64,000 nt of DNA from Patescibacteria group bacterium (GCA_040387855.1 JAZKCY010000001.1:189857-253856); one strand, 5' to 3'. Counted from the first letter of the stretch, positions 27,342 through 38,237 are shown. Program-made: numbers and translations. Notes: generated from the sequence alone by a model not told the origin.

Positions 27342-29006
27342 ATGAAAAAAAATCATAAATACATTTTTGTTGTGGGAGGTGTAATGTCTGGAGTGGGCAA
27401 GGGTATCGCCACCTCTTCAATCGGTCAAATACTTCAAGCAAAAGGTTTCAAGGTCAATCCCATAAAGATTGACCCTTATCTTAACGTAGATGCAGGTACA
27501 ATGAATCCTACTGAGCACGGAGAGACCTTTGTACTCGACTCAGGGCTAGAAACAGATCAGGACATGGGTAACTACGAACGCTTCTTGAATGTCGATTTGA
27601 TTCCTGAAGATTATATGACCTCAGGAATGATTTATCTCCATATCATTCAGAAAGAACGAAATCTTGGATACAATGGAAAATGCGTCGATCCACTCCCATA
27701 CACCACTGAAGAAATCATCCGTCGTTGGAAAAAGTCAGCCGATCACCATGCATCAGATATCTCTATTATTGAAATTGGAGGAACTATTGGTGACTATCAA
27801 AACGTAATGTTTATCGAGGCAGCTCGAATTCTTAAAGTAAAACATCCCCAGGATGTTATTTTTGTGATTGTTTCGTATCTTCCAATTCCAAGTACGTTGG
27901 GTGAAATGAAGACTCGACCTACACAAAATGCTGTGCGACAACTCAACTCATATGGAGTACAACCAGATATTATTATTGCGCGAGGATCACATCCGCTTGA
28001 TCATAAGCGAAAAGAAAAAATTGCATTTTCATGTAGTGTGCAGGAAGATCATGTGATTTCTGCTCCTGACATTAAAAGTATTTATGATGTACCCGTTAAC
28101 TTTGAGAAAGATAGAATCGGCGACATTATTTTGAAAGATTTAAATCTTCGAGCAAAAAATAAAGATGATGGGCTCAGTGATTGGAAAAAATTTGTTGCTA
28201 AAACTAAAAATGGCAGCAAAGAATTAAACATAGCAATAGTTGGAAAATATTTTGATACTGGCGACTTTGTACTTTCAGATGCCTATGTATCTGTCATAGA
28301 AGCCATAAAGTTTTCTGCGTACCATCAAGGAGCAAAACCAAATCTCACATGGATAAATTCAAAGCATTATGAAACTGGCGATAGGGATGTATCTGAGCTT
28401 TCAAATTATGATGGGGTAATAGTGCCTGGAGGTTTTGGTGAATCAGGAATTGAAGGAGTCATTAAAGCAATTACGTATGCACGAGAAAATAAAATCCCAT
28501 ACCTTGGACTGTGCTATGGTATGCAGCTCATGACTATTGAATATGCACGTAATGTTGTAGGACTTAAAGGTGCACACACTACTGAAATAAATAAGAAAAC
28601 GCAGTATCCAATAATCGATATTATGGAGCACCAGAAAAAGCATTTAGAAGCCGGAAACTTTGGTGCCACTATGAGGCTTGGACAATACGAAGCGCATTTG
28701 AAGAAAGGAACAATTGCTCGAAAAGCGTATGGGATAGAAAGTGTTTTGGAACGTCATCGACATCGTTATGAAGTAAATCCAAAATTTGTGGAACAAATAG
28801 AACAAGCTGGTCTTGTTTTCTCAGGCACTTCCCCAGATGGCACACTTATGGAAATTGCAGAACTCCCTCAAGATATTCATCCGTTTTTTCTAGGTACTCA
28901 GTTTCATCCAGAGTTTAAAGCCCGTCCTTTAGCACCTCATCCGTTATTCTCTGAATTTGTAAAAGCATCATTGAAGAACAAAAAGCCCTCTGTGAAACTA
29001 GCTTGA
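27342..29006 (+). CDS. pyrG: CTP synthase
   Basis: 554 aa with an N-terminal synthetase domain (GGVMSGVGKGI) and a C-terminal class I glutamine amidotransferase domain (GLCYGMQ, HPEF). Confidence 0.9.
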   Translation: MKKNHKYIFVVGGVMSGVGKGIATSSIGQILQAKGFKVNPIKIDPYLNVDAGTMNPTEHGETFVLDSGLETDQDMGNYERFLNVDLIPEDYMTSGMIYLHIIQKERNLGYNGKCVDPLPYTTEEIIRRWKKSADHHASDISIIEIGGTIGDYQNVMFIEAARILKVKHPQDVIFVIVSYLPIPSTLGEMKTRPTQNAVRQLNSYGVQPDIIIARGSHPLDHKRKEKIAFSCSVQEDHVISAPDIKSIYDVPVNFEKDRIGDIILKDLNLRAKNKDDGLSDWKKFVAKTKNGSKELNIAIVGKYFDTGDFVLSDAYVSVIEAIKFSAYHQGAKPNLTWINSKHYETGDRDVSELSNYDGVIVPGGFGESGIEGVIKAITYARENKIPYLGLCYGMQLMTIEYARNVVGLKGAHTTEINKKTQYPIIDIMEHQKKHLEAGNFGATMRLGQYEAHLKKGTIARKAYGIESVLERHRHRYEVNPKFVEQIEQAGLVFSGTSPDGTLMEIAELPQDIHPFFLGTQFHPEFKARPLAPHPLFSEFVKASLKNKKPSVKLA

Positions 29007-29062
29007 TTATATCCCCATTTTGAGGTATTTTAGAGAAACCCTTTTGTTTCACAGAAGGTATT

Positions 29063-29131
29063 GCGGGATCGTCTAATGGTAGGACATTTGCCTCTGGAGC
29101 AGAGTATCTAGGTTCGAGTCCTAGTCCCGCA
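29063..29131 (+). tRNA. tRNA, probably Gln (CTG); compact
   Basis: GCGGGAT acceptor, short D-arm GTCTAATGGTAGGAC, anticodon stem TTTGC/GCAGA with loop CTCTGGA, T-arm CTAGG-TTCGAGT-CCTAG, 3' TCCCGC-A. The anticodon assignment is by eye. Confidence 0.5.
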
Positions 29132-29250
29132 GCAAAGACTTTTGAGTTTGATATGTGGATTCTGAAATCAACATCCAATGCTATACTAAATAGGCTATCA
29201 AACGGAAAAAGAAAGATAATAAAAAACAGAACAAATATATTCCACAAATA

Positions 29251-30345
29251 GTGGTTATTGTTTTTGGTATCACTGCTGGAATAAGCTTTCTCTATTTTAT
29301 TTCAGGTACTCTATCTAGTCATGAATATGTTGCCGGTGTAGCCGCAACAACTTCTGAAAAGACTAGTATCGTTATTCCAACACTTGATAAAGCTCTCTAC
29401 AATGAAAAGATGATTGCTTTAGCAAATAATCCTGCACCAAAAATAAGCGCGAGTTCTACTGAAGCAACATCGACCCCTCCTTTGCCAGTGAGTTCAGATA
29501 CAGTGTCAGTACGTATCCCTAACAAGCCATGGCCAGTTGCTGGTGCATATCCAAAAGAGGGGGCATTGTTGCCATTCAATCGCATACTTGCGTACTACGG
29601 AAATTTTTATTCTACAAAGATGGGCGTGCTTGGAGAATATCCGCCTGATCAAATGCTTAAGATGCTTAAAGCTGAAGTAGCTAAATGGAACGCAGCTGAT
29701 CCCAGCACTCCAGCAATTCCTGCAATTCATTATATTGTAACCACAGCACAAGGTTCACCTGGAAAAGATGGAATGTATCGTCTTCGCATGCCAGATGAGC
29801 ACATCCAAAAAGCTATTGATTTAGCAAAAGAAGTAGACGGCATAGTTTTCCTCGATGTTCAGGTGGGATTAAGTAATCTTCAAGCAGAGCTTGCACCACT
29901 TGAGCAATATTTGAAGTTGCCAAATGTACATTTAGGTATTGATCCGGAATTTTCTATGAAAACAGGTGCGAAGCCGGGATCTGTTATTGGAACATTTAAT
30001 TCTGATGATATTAATTATGCTACAAATTTCTTAGCGAAAATTGTTAAAGAAAATAATCTTCCACCAAAGGTACTTGTTATTCATCGCTTTACTACTCGCA
30101 TGGTTACTGGATCTGAAAATATTAAGTTACTGCCAGAAGTGCAGATAGTTATGGATATGGATGGTTGGGGACCTCAGGCACAAAAACTAAGAACATATCG
30201 AGACATTGTCGTTGATGAACCTGTGCAATTCACTGGATTTAAATTGTTTTATAAACATGATCTCTTACCACCAAGTACTGGAATACTCACTCCTGAGCAG
30301 TTGTTGAAACTAACTCCGCGACCAATTTACATTCAATTTCAATAG
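29251..30345 (+). CDS. hypothetical membrane-anchored/secreted protein
   Basis: 364 aa with an N-terminal TM and a GTG start; no firm motif. Confidence 0.45.
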   Translation: MVIVFGITAGISFLYFISGTLSSHEYVAGVAATTSEKTSIVIPTLDKALYNEKMIALANNPAPKISASSTEATSTPPLPVSSDTVSVRIPNKPWPVAGAYPKEGALLPFNRILAYYGNFYSTKMGVLGEYPPDQMLKMLKAEVAKWNAADPSTPAIPAIHYIVTTAQGSPGKDGMYRLRMPDEHIQKAIDLAKEVDGIVFLDVQVGLSNLQAELAPLEQYLKLPNVHLGIDPEFSMKTGAKPGSVIGTFNSDDINYATNFLAKIVKENNLPPKVLVIHRFTTRMVTGSENIKLLPEVQIVMDMDGWGPQAQKLRTYRDIVVDEPVQFTGFKLFYKHDLLPPSTGILTPEQLLKLTPRPIYIQFQ

Positions 30346-30362
30346 GTCTACTATAGTGAGAT

Positions 30363-31193
30363 ATGTATAAACGATTAACCGCACTATTTCTTTTTATTGC
30401 ATATAGTTTGATCTTGATCAAAGTAATGGTACTTAAAGATGTCCCACTTATTAAAGTTGGCATGGTTAAATTAAATTTTGGTGGAACTACTACAGACAAT
30501 CCTGCCAACTTTATTCCGTTTAAAACCATTCTGCCATATTTGTTTGGTCATAGGGGATTGGTTATTGCTGGTATAAATCTAGTCGGAAATATTATATTAC
30601 TTGTGCCGTTGGGATTTCTTATTCCGTTAATCTATAAGAATATAACGTGGAAAAAATCTTTTTTAATTGCTGCTGCTTCTGGCCTCATAATCGAAGTACT
30701 ACAAGTGCTCTTGCAGGTGGGAATATTTGATATCGATGATGTTATTCTCAATGCTTTTGGTTTCATGATTGGGTATTGGATATATTGTGTACTTGCAAAG
30801 ATCATGCGTTTCTTGAATCCCAAAAATAGAATCATTATAGCTGTATTGATTTTGGGAATTGCTGGTGCAGTTGTGTTCTATGGTTATCAAAAATTGCAAT
30901 TAGGTTTTGAACCTGGTGTGAGAAGTAGTGAGGAAAGTACTACAAATCAACGTGACCTTTGTAATGGTACTGGAGGCAACGGTAAGATTATTAGTGTTGG
31001 AGATACTACATTTACTCTTGAATTAAAAAACGGCAAGAAGCAAATTGTGTATCTTACAGATAAGACTAAAATAAAAATATCTTCAGGGGATGGTTCTATT
31101 TCAGATTTGAAAATAGGTGTAAGAGTAACTCTTGTTGGAGATGTGAATAATGATGGTGGCTTTGCGGCAGATTCTGTATATGTTTGTAACTAA
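30363..31193 (+). CDS. VanZ-like membrane protein with a C-terminal DUF5666-like beta domain
   Basis: The VanZ pattern (FIPFKTILPY...GNIILLVPLGFLIPL) is followed by a C-terminal GDGSISDLKIGVRVTLVGD segment. Confidence 0.5.
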   Translation: MYKRLTALFLFIAYSLILIKVMVLKDVPLIKVGMVKLNFGGTTTDNPANFIPFKTILPYLFGHRGLVIAGINLVGNIILLVPLGFLIPLIYKNITWKKSFLIAAASGLIIEVLQVLLQVGIFDIDDVILNAFGFMIGYWIYCVLAKIMRFLNPKNRIIIAVLILGIAGAVVFYGYQKLQLGFEPGVRSSEESTTNQRDLCNGTGGNGKIISVGDTTFTLELKNGKKQIVYLTDKTKIKISSGDGSISDLKIGVRVTLVGDVNNDGGFAADSVYVCN

Positions 31194-31255
31194 ATAATAA
31201 AAAACAGAAGCTCTTTTTGAGAGTCCTGTTTTTAAAATAATCTATATAACTATTT

Positions 31256-31987
31256 TTATTGCACTGTAACTATTGATGACATATTTACACCTGTAGTTGC
31301 TCCCACAAAAGTGTAGGTATACATACCAGGAGTTGAAGGCATACTCATTGATCCAGTTGTGAAATTTCCGCCACCATCAGCGTGTGCTTGTCCTACTCGT
31401 ACTCCATCTCTATAAATCCAAATATCTTCTTCATGAGGGAAATTGGTTCCACTAAAATCAATACTTTGACCTGTCATTACTGTATGACTCATTGGCATAA
31501 GCTTCATGCTTGGATACATTGAATTGTGATATTCAGGTGTTGTTGTAGATGTACCTGGAGTTGTTGTTGACGTTGAGGTTGCTTGAGTTGATGTATGTGA
31601 CCAGAAGTTCCACTCAGTGCCGTTCCACTTCATAAGGAACTGAACACCATTCCTCATCCATTCTGTACCATCCCATGATCCAACACAGAGCATTGGATCA
31701 GTACATGGAACCAAACCATTAACGAGCCACACCAAACCATTGTCTGGCACATGGATCATGGTTGTTGTTGCCACCTCTTGTGTCGTTGTTCCAACTGTCA
31801 TCATATCTGTTGATGTTGCAGATGTTGTTGTTGCTGTGACATCTAGGTCAATAATTGCAGTCTCTTGTGTTGTGCTTGCTGATTCAGTTGAGCTAGCTGT
31901 TTGTGCATGCGTCACGTCTTGGAATAGAAACGCTAAGACTAGTAGGAGCGTCAGTTGAGAAAGTTTAAATGCTATATTTTTTTTCAT
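31256..31987 (-). CDS. secreted Thr/Ser-rich surface protein
   Basis: Signal peptide plus long T/S-rich low-complexity tracts (TSTSTTTPGTSTTTP). Confidence 0.5.
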   Translation of the reverse strand: MKKNIAFKLSQLTLLLVLAFLFQDVTHAQTASSTESASTTQETAIIDLDVTATTTSATSTDMMTVGTTTQEVATTTMIHVPDNGLVWLVNGLVPCTDPMLCVGSWDGTEWMRNGVQFLMKWNGTEWNFWSHTSTQATSTSTTTPGTSTTTPEYHNSMYPSMKLMPMSHTVMTGQSIDFSGTNFPHEEDIWIYRDGVRVGQAHADGGGNFTTGSMSMPSTPGMYTYTFVGATTGVNMSSIVTVQ

Positions 31988-32153
31988 AAGTTATAAAGTT
32001 AAATGAATATTACTTGCCAGTACTGTGTTGTAAGTTGTCTATGACGACTCGGTTGTAAGATACTTACTTTGCTGAGTTAGTGTGAGTTATTACTATGTAG
32101 CTGGTATATAAATATGCTTGTGCTACAATTTTGTTACACTAGAGCAAACTATC

Positions 32154-32690
32154 ATGAAAAAAAATTTACCACTTATTGTAGGTCTGGCATTACCATTTGT
32201 ATTTATATTATTAATTGCAGTAGTCGTATATCTACCAAATGTTTTTATTAAACCTCAGCATGATTTTTTATATACAATGGCTGACCGAAATAATTACAAT
32301 TACAATACTGTCTATAAAAATACGTATGCAATCGAAAATGGAGGACTTGTTCAACGCCCAGTTGAATTACCAAAGCTGAATGAAAATGACACAAGAGTTA
32401 TAATCGATGCACCAAAATTGTATCGTTACAATGTTAAAGATTCTACAAACAAAGAAATTAGCTTTACCGAGGCACAATCACTAAAAATTGATGTGGGTCC
32501 ATCATCTCCAGATGGATACATTGTGGCATATAGATACAATCATAATGGAGTCTTTGAACTGTTTGGTAGTAATGGCAATAATAGTGGATATTTCATTTCA
32601 AAGGGTAAAGGGGGAAAGAAGCTTATTGGATTAGATAGTGCTGGTTATTACTATGAAAATAATTTTACCTTATTAGGCTGGATAAAATAA
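32154..32690 (+). CDS. hypothetical secreted/membrane-anchored protein
   Basis: The internal start MKKNLPLIVGLALPF gives a signal-anchor at the N-terminus. Confidence 0.45.
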   Translation: MKKNLPLIVGLALPFVFILLIAVVVYLPNVFIKPQHDFLYTMADRNNYNYNTVYKNTYAIENGGLVQRPVELPKLNENDTRVIIDAPKLYRYNVKDSTNKEISFTEAQSLKIDVGPSSPDGYIVAYRYNHNGVFELFGSNGNNSGYFISKGKGGKKLIGLDSAGYYYENNFTLLGWIK

Positions 32691-32696
32691 AAATAT

Positions 32697-33713
32697 ATGG
32701 ACAAGCAACAGATCATTTCATTTATTCAAAATCAGGTCGCACAGGGAAATATTTCTCGTGATGACCTTGCTGCATTAGCTGGAATTGATACTCCACAGGT
32801 ACAATCTGTACTTGCTACTGGTACTACTCCAAACACAGTCGTGTCACCTGAACACTCCTCAAGAAACCTTATTAATGTTTTCTATATTATTGGAGCAATC
32901 ATTGTGTTGATTGGAGTTATTATTCTTCTTGGTCAAAATTGGGATGATATTGGATTCATAGGCCGTGTGGGATCTACTCTTGGAATTGCACTTGTAACAT
33001 ATCTTGCTGGTCTCACACTAAGTAAGTCTGTGCATGATACCCTCTCTCAAGTAATGTTTATGTTATCAGCTGTTTTGGCTCCCTTTGGAACTTTCATCTT
33101 ACTTGATGAAATGAATGTATTTGTAGATATCTCTGCACAAGTAGTGATTGCGTTGGTTTTTGTTTGTATCTATAGTGTTGCACAATTTGTTGCTCGAAAA
33201 AATATTCTTACTGTTGTCATTGCAGGGTATGCTACATGGGCATACTATGCTTTCTTACTAAAAATACTTGATAATCAACTCTTTGATAACGATATTATTA
33301 TTTGGGCAACAATGCTCCTCGGTATTTCGTACTGTGCAGTAGCATATGGATACTCATCAAAAAAAGTTGGATCTGTAGAAAAAGTAACTCAACGAGCATC
33401 TATTACACATCTTTTTTATGGAGCAGGTACGCTCGCAATTTTAGGTGGGGGAATTAGTCTTGGTGGAATGTGGGACCTTCCTTATATAGTACTTATCTTT
33501 GCAACATTTTATCTAAGTGTGTTTGTAAAAAATAGAGCAATGCTCGTGATTGCCGCGGCTTTCCTTGTGGGGCATATTATAAAACTAACTTCAAAATACT
33601 TCCTTGATTCTGTAGGATGGCCATTGGCACTTATTATCTGTGGATTTGCTGTGATTGGAGTAGGCTATATGACCTATTACGTAAATCGAAAATACTTAGC
33701 TAAAAAATACTAG
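32697..33713 (+). CDS. hypothetical polytopic membrane protein
   Basis: 338 aa with about 9 TM helices. Confidence 0.5.
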   Translation: MDKQQIISFIQNQVAQGNISRDDLAALAGIDTPQVQSVLATGTTPNTVVSPEHSSRNLINVFYIIGAIIVLIGVIILLGQNWDDIGFIGRVGSTLGIALVTYLAGLTLSKSVHDTLSQVMFMLSAVLAPFGTFILLDEMNVFVDISAQVVIALVFVCIYSVAQFVARKNILTVVIAGYATWAYYAFLLKILDNQLFDNDIIIWATMLLGISYCAVAYGYSSKKVGSVEKVTQRASITHLFYGAGTLAILGGGISLGGMWDLPYIVLIFATFYLSVFVKNRAMLVIAAAFLVGHIIKLTSKYFLDSVGWPLALIICGFAVIGVGYMTYYVNRKYLAKKY

Positions 33714-33732
33714 TAAAAGTAATTAAATACTT

Positions 33733-34101
33733 ATGTCTGAAATCCTAACGCTTTTTATTTTAGCTATTCCAATTGCCTGCATTGCATGGACAGTTACTCA
33801 TGAAGAGGTTTTTCGAGAGGCTCGTGAGTTTTGTGAACGCCGAAGTAGAAAAAGTAAGAGCATAATCACTCGTAAATTCTTCTATTTATTTACCTGTGAA
33901 TATTGCTTTAGTCATTATGTAACTATTGCAGTACTGTATTTTACAAACTATACATTGTTATTTACTGATTGGAGAGGATATGTACTTGCAGGATTTAGTT
34001 TAGTTTGGATAGCAAATGTGTACATGAGTTTGTTTGCTTTAATACGAGTGGATTTACGAAAAGAACGACTAGAAGCAAACAAAATTGAACAAGAATTATA
34101 A
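33733..34101 (+). CDS. hypothetical small membrane protein
   Basis: 122 aa with 3 TM helices. Confidence 0.4.
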   Translation: MSEILTLFILAIPIACIAWTVTHEEVFREAREFCERRSRKSKSIITRKFFYLFTCEYCFSHYVTIAVLYFTNYTLLFTDWRGYVLAGFSLVWIANVYMSLFALIRVDLRKERLEANKIEQEL

Positions 34102-34105
34102 AGCA

Positions 34106-34543
34106 CTAGTGTACTTTTAGATTTACATATTTGTTCATTAGGAAATTCCAAATACCCACAAGGGCACCTACTGTTATTCTTGATGTGATGAAACTCATAT
34201 GGAGTACGTCAACACAGATGATCATGAGCCCTATGATAAGCAATAGGCTACTAAGAGCAATAAGTAAGAAGTAGATGTATCCTTTCCCAATAGATCTGTG
34301 CGTGCCTTTAAACGCCCAGGTTCTACTTAACATATAATTTACAGTAATTGCGATCATGAATGAAATAATAATTGCTACTATATAATGAATCTTGAGAATA
34401 TCAGTAAATATCCATAATAGGAAAAGATCAAAAGCAAAAGTAGAACTGCTTGAAAGGGTATATCGGATAAACTGAGTTACGCTTCTACTCGCATGCCCAC
34501 CAAGCGAGGTAATCCAATTAAAATAATGAGTTAACGTAATCAC
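34106..34543 (-). CDS. GtrA-family membrane protein (polysaccharide biosynthesis-associated)
   Basis: 145 aa with 4 TMs and the GtrA-like YxxxRxWxF motif (YMLSRTWAF). Confidence 0.55.
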   Translation of the reverse strand: MITLTHYFNWITSLGGHASRSVTQFIRYTLSSSSTFAFDLFLLWIFTDILKIHYIVAIIISFMIAITVNYMLSRTWAFKGTHRSIGKGYIYFLLIALSSLLLIIGLMIICVDVLHMSFITSRITVGALVGIWNFLMNKYVNLKVH

Positions 34544-34594
34544 GAATGTATTATAACCCTTTTATAGAATTTAGCTTGGGTGTACACTAGAGGT

Positions 34595-35080
34595 ATGAAA
34601 AAGAAAGGATTCTCACTTATTGAGCTGTTGGTTGTTATCGCAATTATTGGAATTTTGGCAGCTATTATTTTAACCGCAGTAAACACAGCTCGTGGTAAAG
34701 CACGTGATGCGAAAAGAAAATATGAAATTGCACAGATTGGAAGATTGGCAATCTCTTCAACTTGTTATGTTCCAGAAGCTGGGGCAGGGACATATGACCT
34801 CACAGATTTAGTTCCAGAGCTCGTTGCCCAAAATGCGCAGCTTGCACAGTATGTAAATCAGATCCCTCGAGATCCACAGGGATCTGAGACAGAAAGTTTA
34901 TATAAATATATAGTAGATGCTGAAGGGAAATGCGCTGTGTTTGCAAATCTTGAAAATGATAATGAGCGTGTGACACTTACGAGCGTTACAGCACCAACTC
35001 CAGGTGGTGGAACAGGCGTGCTTGAAGCAAGTGAGGAAGGATGGAATGGGTCAACAAAATATTTTCAAGTATCAAATTAA
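34595..35080 (+). CDS. type IV pilin/pseudopilin with a prepilin N-terminal cleavage and methylation motif
   Basis: [22 protein letters not shown] is the class III signal, and an AGAGG RBS precedes the ATG at 34595. Confidence 0.75.
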   Translation: MKKKGFSLIELLVVIAIIGILAAIILTAVNTARGKARDAKRKYEIAQIGRLAISSTCYVPEAGAGTYDLTDLVPELVAQNAQLAQYVNQIPRDPQGSETESLYKYIVDAEGKCAVFANLENDNERVTLTSVTAPTPGGGTGVLEASEEGWNGSTKYFQVSN

Positions 35081-35083
35081 TAT

Positions 35084-35674
35084 ATGAATCCTTCAACAAA
35101 ATGGTATAACCGAATCCCAACATGGGGCTATGTAGTTTTAACACTAGGAGTCGTAGTTTTGGCTGGGGTTATTGAATATATGATGGGACGCAATGCGCTG
35201 TGCGCATGTGGCTATACATTGTTTTGGCAAACGTGGGGAGATACTTCAGGAAGCTCTCAACATATTTCTGATTGGTATACATTTTCACACATCATTCACG
35301 GATTTGTATTTTATGGATTCTTTAGATTAATTAGTAGGGGCAAGTGGCCTGTATGGTTTTGTTTATTGCTTGCAACAGGTGTTGAGGCTGGATGGGAAAT
35401 CCTAGAAAATTCTAGTTTTATTATTGATCGATATCGTGAATCAACAGTCTCACTTGATTACAACGGTGATAGTATTTTAAATTCGATTGCTGATATTTTG
35501 TATATGTTTGTTGGATTTTTCCTAGCACGCAAATTCCCAGTTTGGGTATCTATTGCACTCATTATATTTATGGAGGTGTGGGTGGGGTATATGATTCGAG
35601 ATAATCTTACATTAAATATTATTATGCTTATTTCTCCATTAGATGCCATTCGTACTTGGCAAATGGGCGGGTAA
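35084..35674 (+). CDS. hypothetical membrane protein
   Basis: 196 aa with multiple TMs. Confidence 0.45.
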   Translation: MNPSTKWYNRIPTWGYVVLTLGVVVLAGVIEYMMGRNALCACGYTLFWQTWGDTSGSSQHISDWYTFSHIIHGFVFYGFFRLISRGKWPVWFCLLLATGVEAGWEILENSSFIIDRYRESTVSLDYNGDSILNSIADILYMFVGFFLARKFPVWVSIALIIFMEVWVGYMIRDNLTLNIIMLISPLDAIRTWQMGG

Positions 35675-35705
35675 AAAAAAGCACCATCGCGAGATGAATG
35701 CTATG

Positions 35706-36305
35706 TTACGTCCACTTCATGCGGACAAGGGTGACTGACCAGAGGGCAACGACTTCGATCGATAGGAAGATCCAGAAGTTGCGGTCGGGCTTCCACTGTT
35801 TGCTGAACTTCATCATCCCGAGCGGGAAGAACAGGGTGAGGATGCTCGAGACGATCAGCAGGTCCCGTGTGCTTATCTGAGGCACTACCGGAAATAAGTA
35901 GAACAGGACGCACACCGACAGTCCAAACACCGCATAGAGGCCGTGAACCCATCCCGCAGCGGTGGTTTGTCCGTCGTGAGTATGAGCCTCCGGATGCTCA
36001 AGCGCTTGCCTGCTAAACAACATGCCGAGTCCTATTGCCCCAAACATCAGGAACATCATAGTGATGATGCCCGGGCCGGTGTAGAAGGGCAGTTTGTAGT
36101 TGCCCATGATGAACGCCACCAGGGGCGTAATCACGAACACATCTGCCCACATGCCGCCATGCTCCATAAAGGAGTAACCGTTCATAATGCCGCGCCGGCG
36201 CATCTGTGCTTGGGTCAGGAATCCGTCCAAGTAAGCGCAGACCGCTTGCAACAGCACCAGGCCGAGACCGATCATGAGAACCGGGATTGAAAAGGACATG
36301 GTCAC
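35706..36305 (-). CDS. hypothetical membrane protein encoded by a GC-rich (~55% GC) gene
   Basis: 199-aa ORF with 5-6 TMs and GC-rich codon usage that is unlike the neighbouring genes. Confidence 0.5.
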   Translation of the reverse strand: MTMSFSIPVLMIGLGLVLLQAVCAYLDGFLTQAQMRRRGIMNGYSFMEHGGMWADVFVITPLVAFIMGNYKLPFYTGPGIITMMFLMFGAIGLGMLFSRQALEHPEAHTHDGQTTAAGWVHGLYAVFGLSVCVLFYLFPVVPQISTRDLLIVSSILTLFFPLGMMKFSKQWKPDRNFWIFLSIEVVALWSVTLVRMKWT

Positions 36306-36436
36306 GTACTCCGAAAAGGCAGAGACTGGTTATTGACGCCAGTGCACACAATACCACGTATTTGTATTTATGGCAATAGTAAGAATTACTCAAATAGCTT
36401 CCCATTTATCGAAAAATAAGGTAATCTTATAAAACT

Positions 36437-37894
36437 ATGTCAAGCGGAGAAGTAATAATAAGATTCGATGAAGTTTCATTCGAATATGGCCACAACAAAC
36501 CTATTTTAGATGAGGTTAGTTTTTCAGTGCGCAAAGGAACAAAGGTAACTATTATGGGTCAAAACGGTGCAGGTAAGAGTACTCTTTTTGGACTTATTAA
36601 TGGAAGTAATAAAAAGGAATCAGGTGATATCCACATTAATAATAAATTAACTATAGCAACATCACGACAGGTTATTCCTCGTGATCAGCTTGATCTCACG
36701 GTTCGAGAGTTTTTTGAGAAGTGTTTTGATACTAAAATTTATGATATTGACCCACGTATAGATAAAGTTCTTGATGTGGTTAATCTTCATGCACCTAAAG
36801 ATAAAATCATTCGAGCGTTTTCTGGAGGACAACAAGCGCGACTTTTGCTTGCCTCAGCATTGATTCAGGATCCAGATATTCTATTGCTTGATGAGCCTAC
36901 CAACAACTTGGATAAAGCAGGGATCGAACATCTTACTAAATTCTTGATTGAATATAAAAAGACTGTATTAGTTATTTCTCACGATGCTGACTTTTTGAAC
37001 TCATTCACCCATGGAGTGTTGTATCTTGATGTATTTACTAAAAAGATTGAGCAGTATGATGGTAACTACCTAGATGTAGTGAAAAATATTTCTGCTCGAA
37101 TCGAAAAAGAAAATCGAAAGAATGCACAGTTAGCAAAAGAAATTCAAGATAATAAAGATAAGGCTAACTTCTTTGCAAATAAAGGAGGTCAGATGCGTCT
37201 CGTTGCAAAGCGAATGCGAGAAAAGGCAGAGGAGCTTGAAGATGAAATTGTAGATATTCGAAAAGAAGATCGAACTATTCGACCTTTTATTATTCAGTCT
37301 CAGCCAGATTTTGTTGGTGAGATTTTGAATATCACTTCGTTGATGACTATGAATCCTAAGACTCATAAGCCTGTAACAAGAAAGGCAACTATCTCTCTAA
37401 AACGAAATCAGCATCTACTTTTGAAAGGACCAAACGGAATTGGGAAGACTACATTACTTGAATCTCTCGCAAATGGAACTGCAAAAGGGGCAACAATTAC
37501 TGATGGAATCAGAGTGGGGTACTATAGACAGGATTTTTCTACGCTCAATTTTGATGACACTGTATATGATGCTCTCATGGCTGTAATGGATAAGCAGATA
37601 GAAGAAAATATGCGTTCGACAGCTGCAGGGTTTCTTATTAATGGAGAAATGATGCGTACAAAAATTGGTAGCTTATCTGAAGGACAGAAAGGATTAGTAG
37701 CGTTTGCACGTCTAGTGTTACAGAAGCCAGGGTTGCTTATCCTCGATGAGCCAACAAACCATATCAACTTCCGACATATTCCTGTAATTGCAGAAGCCCT
37801 AAATAAGTATGAAGGAGCTATGGTGCTGGTAAGTCACGTGCCTGAGTTTGTAGAAAAAATTAGAATTGATGAGACATTAGATCTCGAAAAATAA
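36437..37894 (+). CDS. ABC-F family ATPase (tandem ABC domains, no TMD)
   Basis: Two Walker A motifs (GQNGAGKST, GPNGIGKTT), two signature motifs (SGGQQARL, SEGQKGLV) and a linker region. Confidence 0.85.
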   Translation: MSSGEVIIRFDEVSFEYGHNKPILDEVSFSVRKGTKVTIMGQNGAGKSTLFGLINGSNKKESGDIHINNKLTIATSRQVIPRDQLDLTVREFFEKCFDTKIYDIDPRIDKVLDVVNLHAPKDKIIRAFSGGQQARLLLASALIQDPDILLLDEPTNNLDKAGIEHLTKFLIEYKKTVLVISHDADFLNSFTHGVLYLDVFTKKIEQYDGNYLDVVKNISARIEKENRKNAQLAKEIQDNKDKANFFANKGGQMRLVAKRMREKAEELEDEIVDIRKEDRTIRPFIIQSQPDFVGEILNITSLMTMNPKTHKPVTRKATISLKRNQHLLLKGPNGIGKTTLLESLANGTAKGATITDGIRVGYYRQDFSTLNFDDTVYDALMAVMDKQIEENMRSTAAGFLINGEMMRTKIGSLSEGQKGLVAFARLVLQKPGLLILDEPTNHINFRHIPVIAEALNKYEGAMVLVSHVPEFVEKIRIDETLDLEK

Positions 37895-37901
37895 AAAACA
37901 T

Positions 37902-38237
37902 ATGTTATTCTTTCTCGTTCTAGGATTGTTACTTGGTGCTGTTGCAGTAATTTTTGCATTGCAAAATCTCACTACTATTTCAATTGCATTTTTAGGATGG
38001 AATCTTGAAGGATCATTAGCTCTTGTGTTGGTTCTTGCTATGGTCGCAGGGGTACTTATAAGTATTCTTGTTTCTATTCCTGAATTTATAAAGACTCAGA
38101 TGAAACTTTCAGCTCTTAAGAAACAGAACAAGAGACTTGAAGAAGAAGTTTTGAGACTTAAAGATTTAGTAAATCCAATTGTGGAACAACCTGTAATTGA
38201 AAGAACTGTAGTTACAGAAACAACACCAGTTGCATAG
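37902..38237 (+). CDS. LapA/DUF1049-family small membrane protein
   Basis: 111 aa with two TMs followed by a coiled-coil (LKKQNKRLEEEVLRLK). Confidence 0.5.
   Translation: MLFFLVLGLLLGAVAVIFALQNLTTISIAFLGWNLEGSLALVLVLAMVAGVLISILVSIPEFIKTQMKLSALKKQNKRLEEEVLRLKDLVNPIVEQPVIERTVVTETTPVA

Noticed and set aside
28915-29247. A 110-aa minus-strand ORF overlapping the tRNA-Gln region
   Set aside because: It overlaps the pyrG 3' end and a tRNA gene on the opposite strand, and has no motif. Likely spurious.
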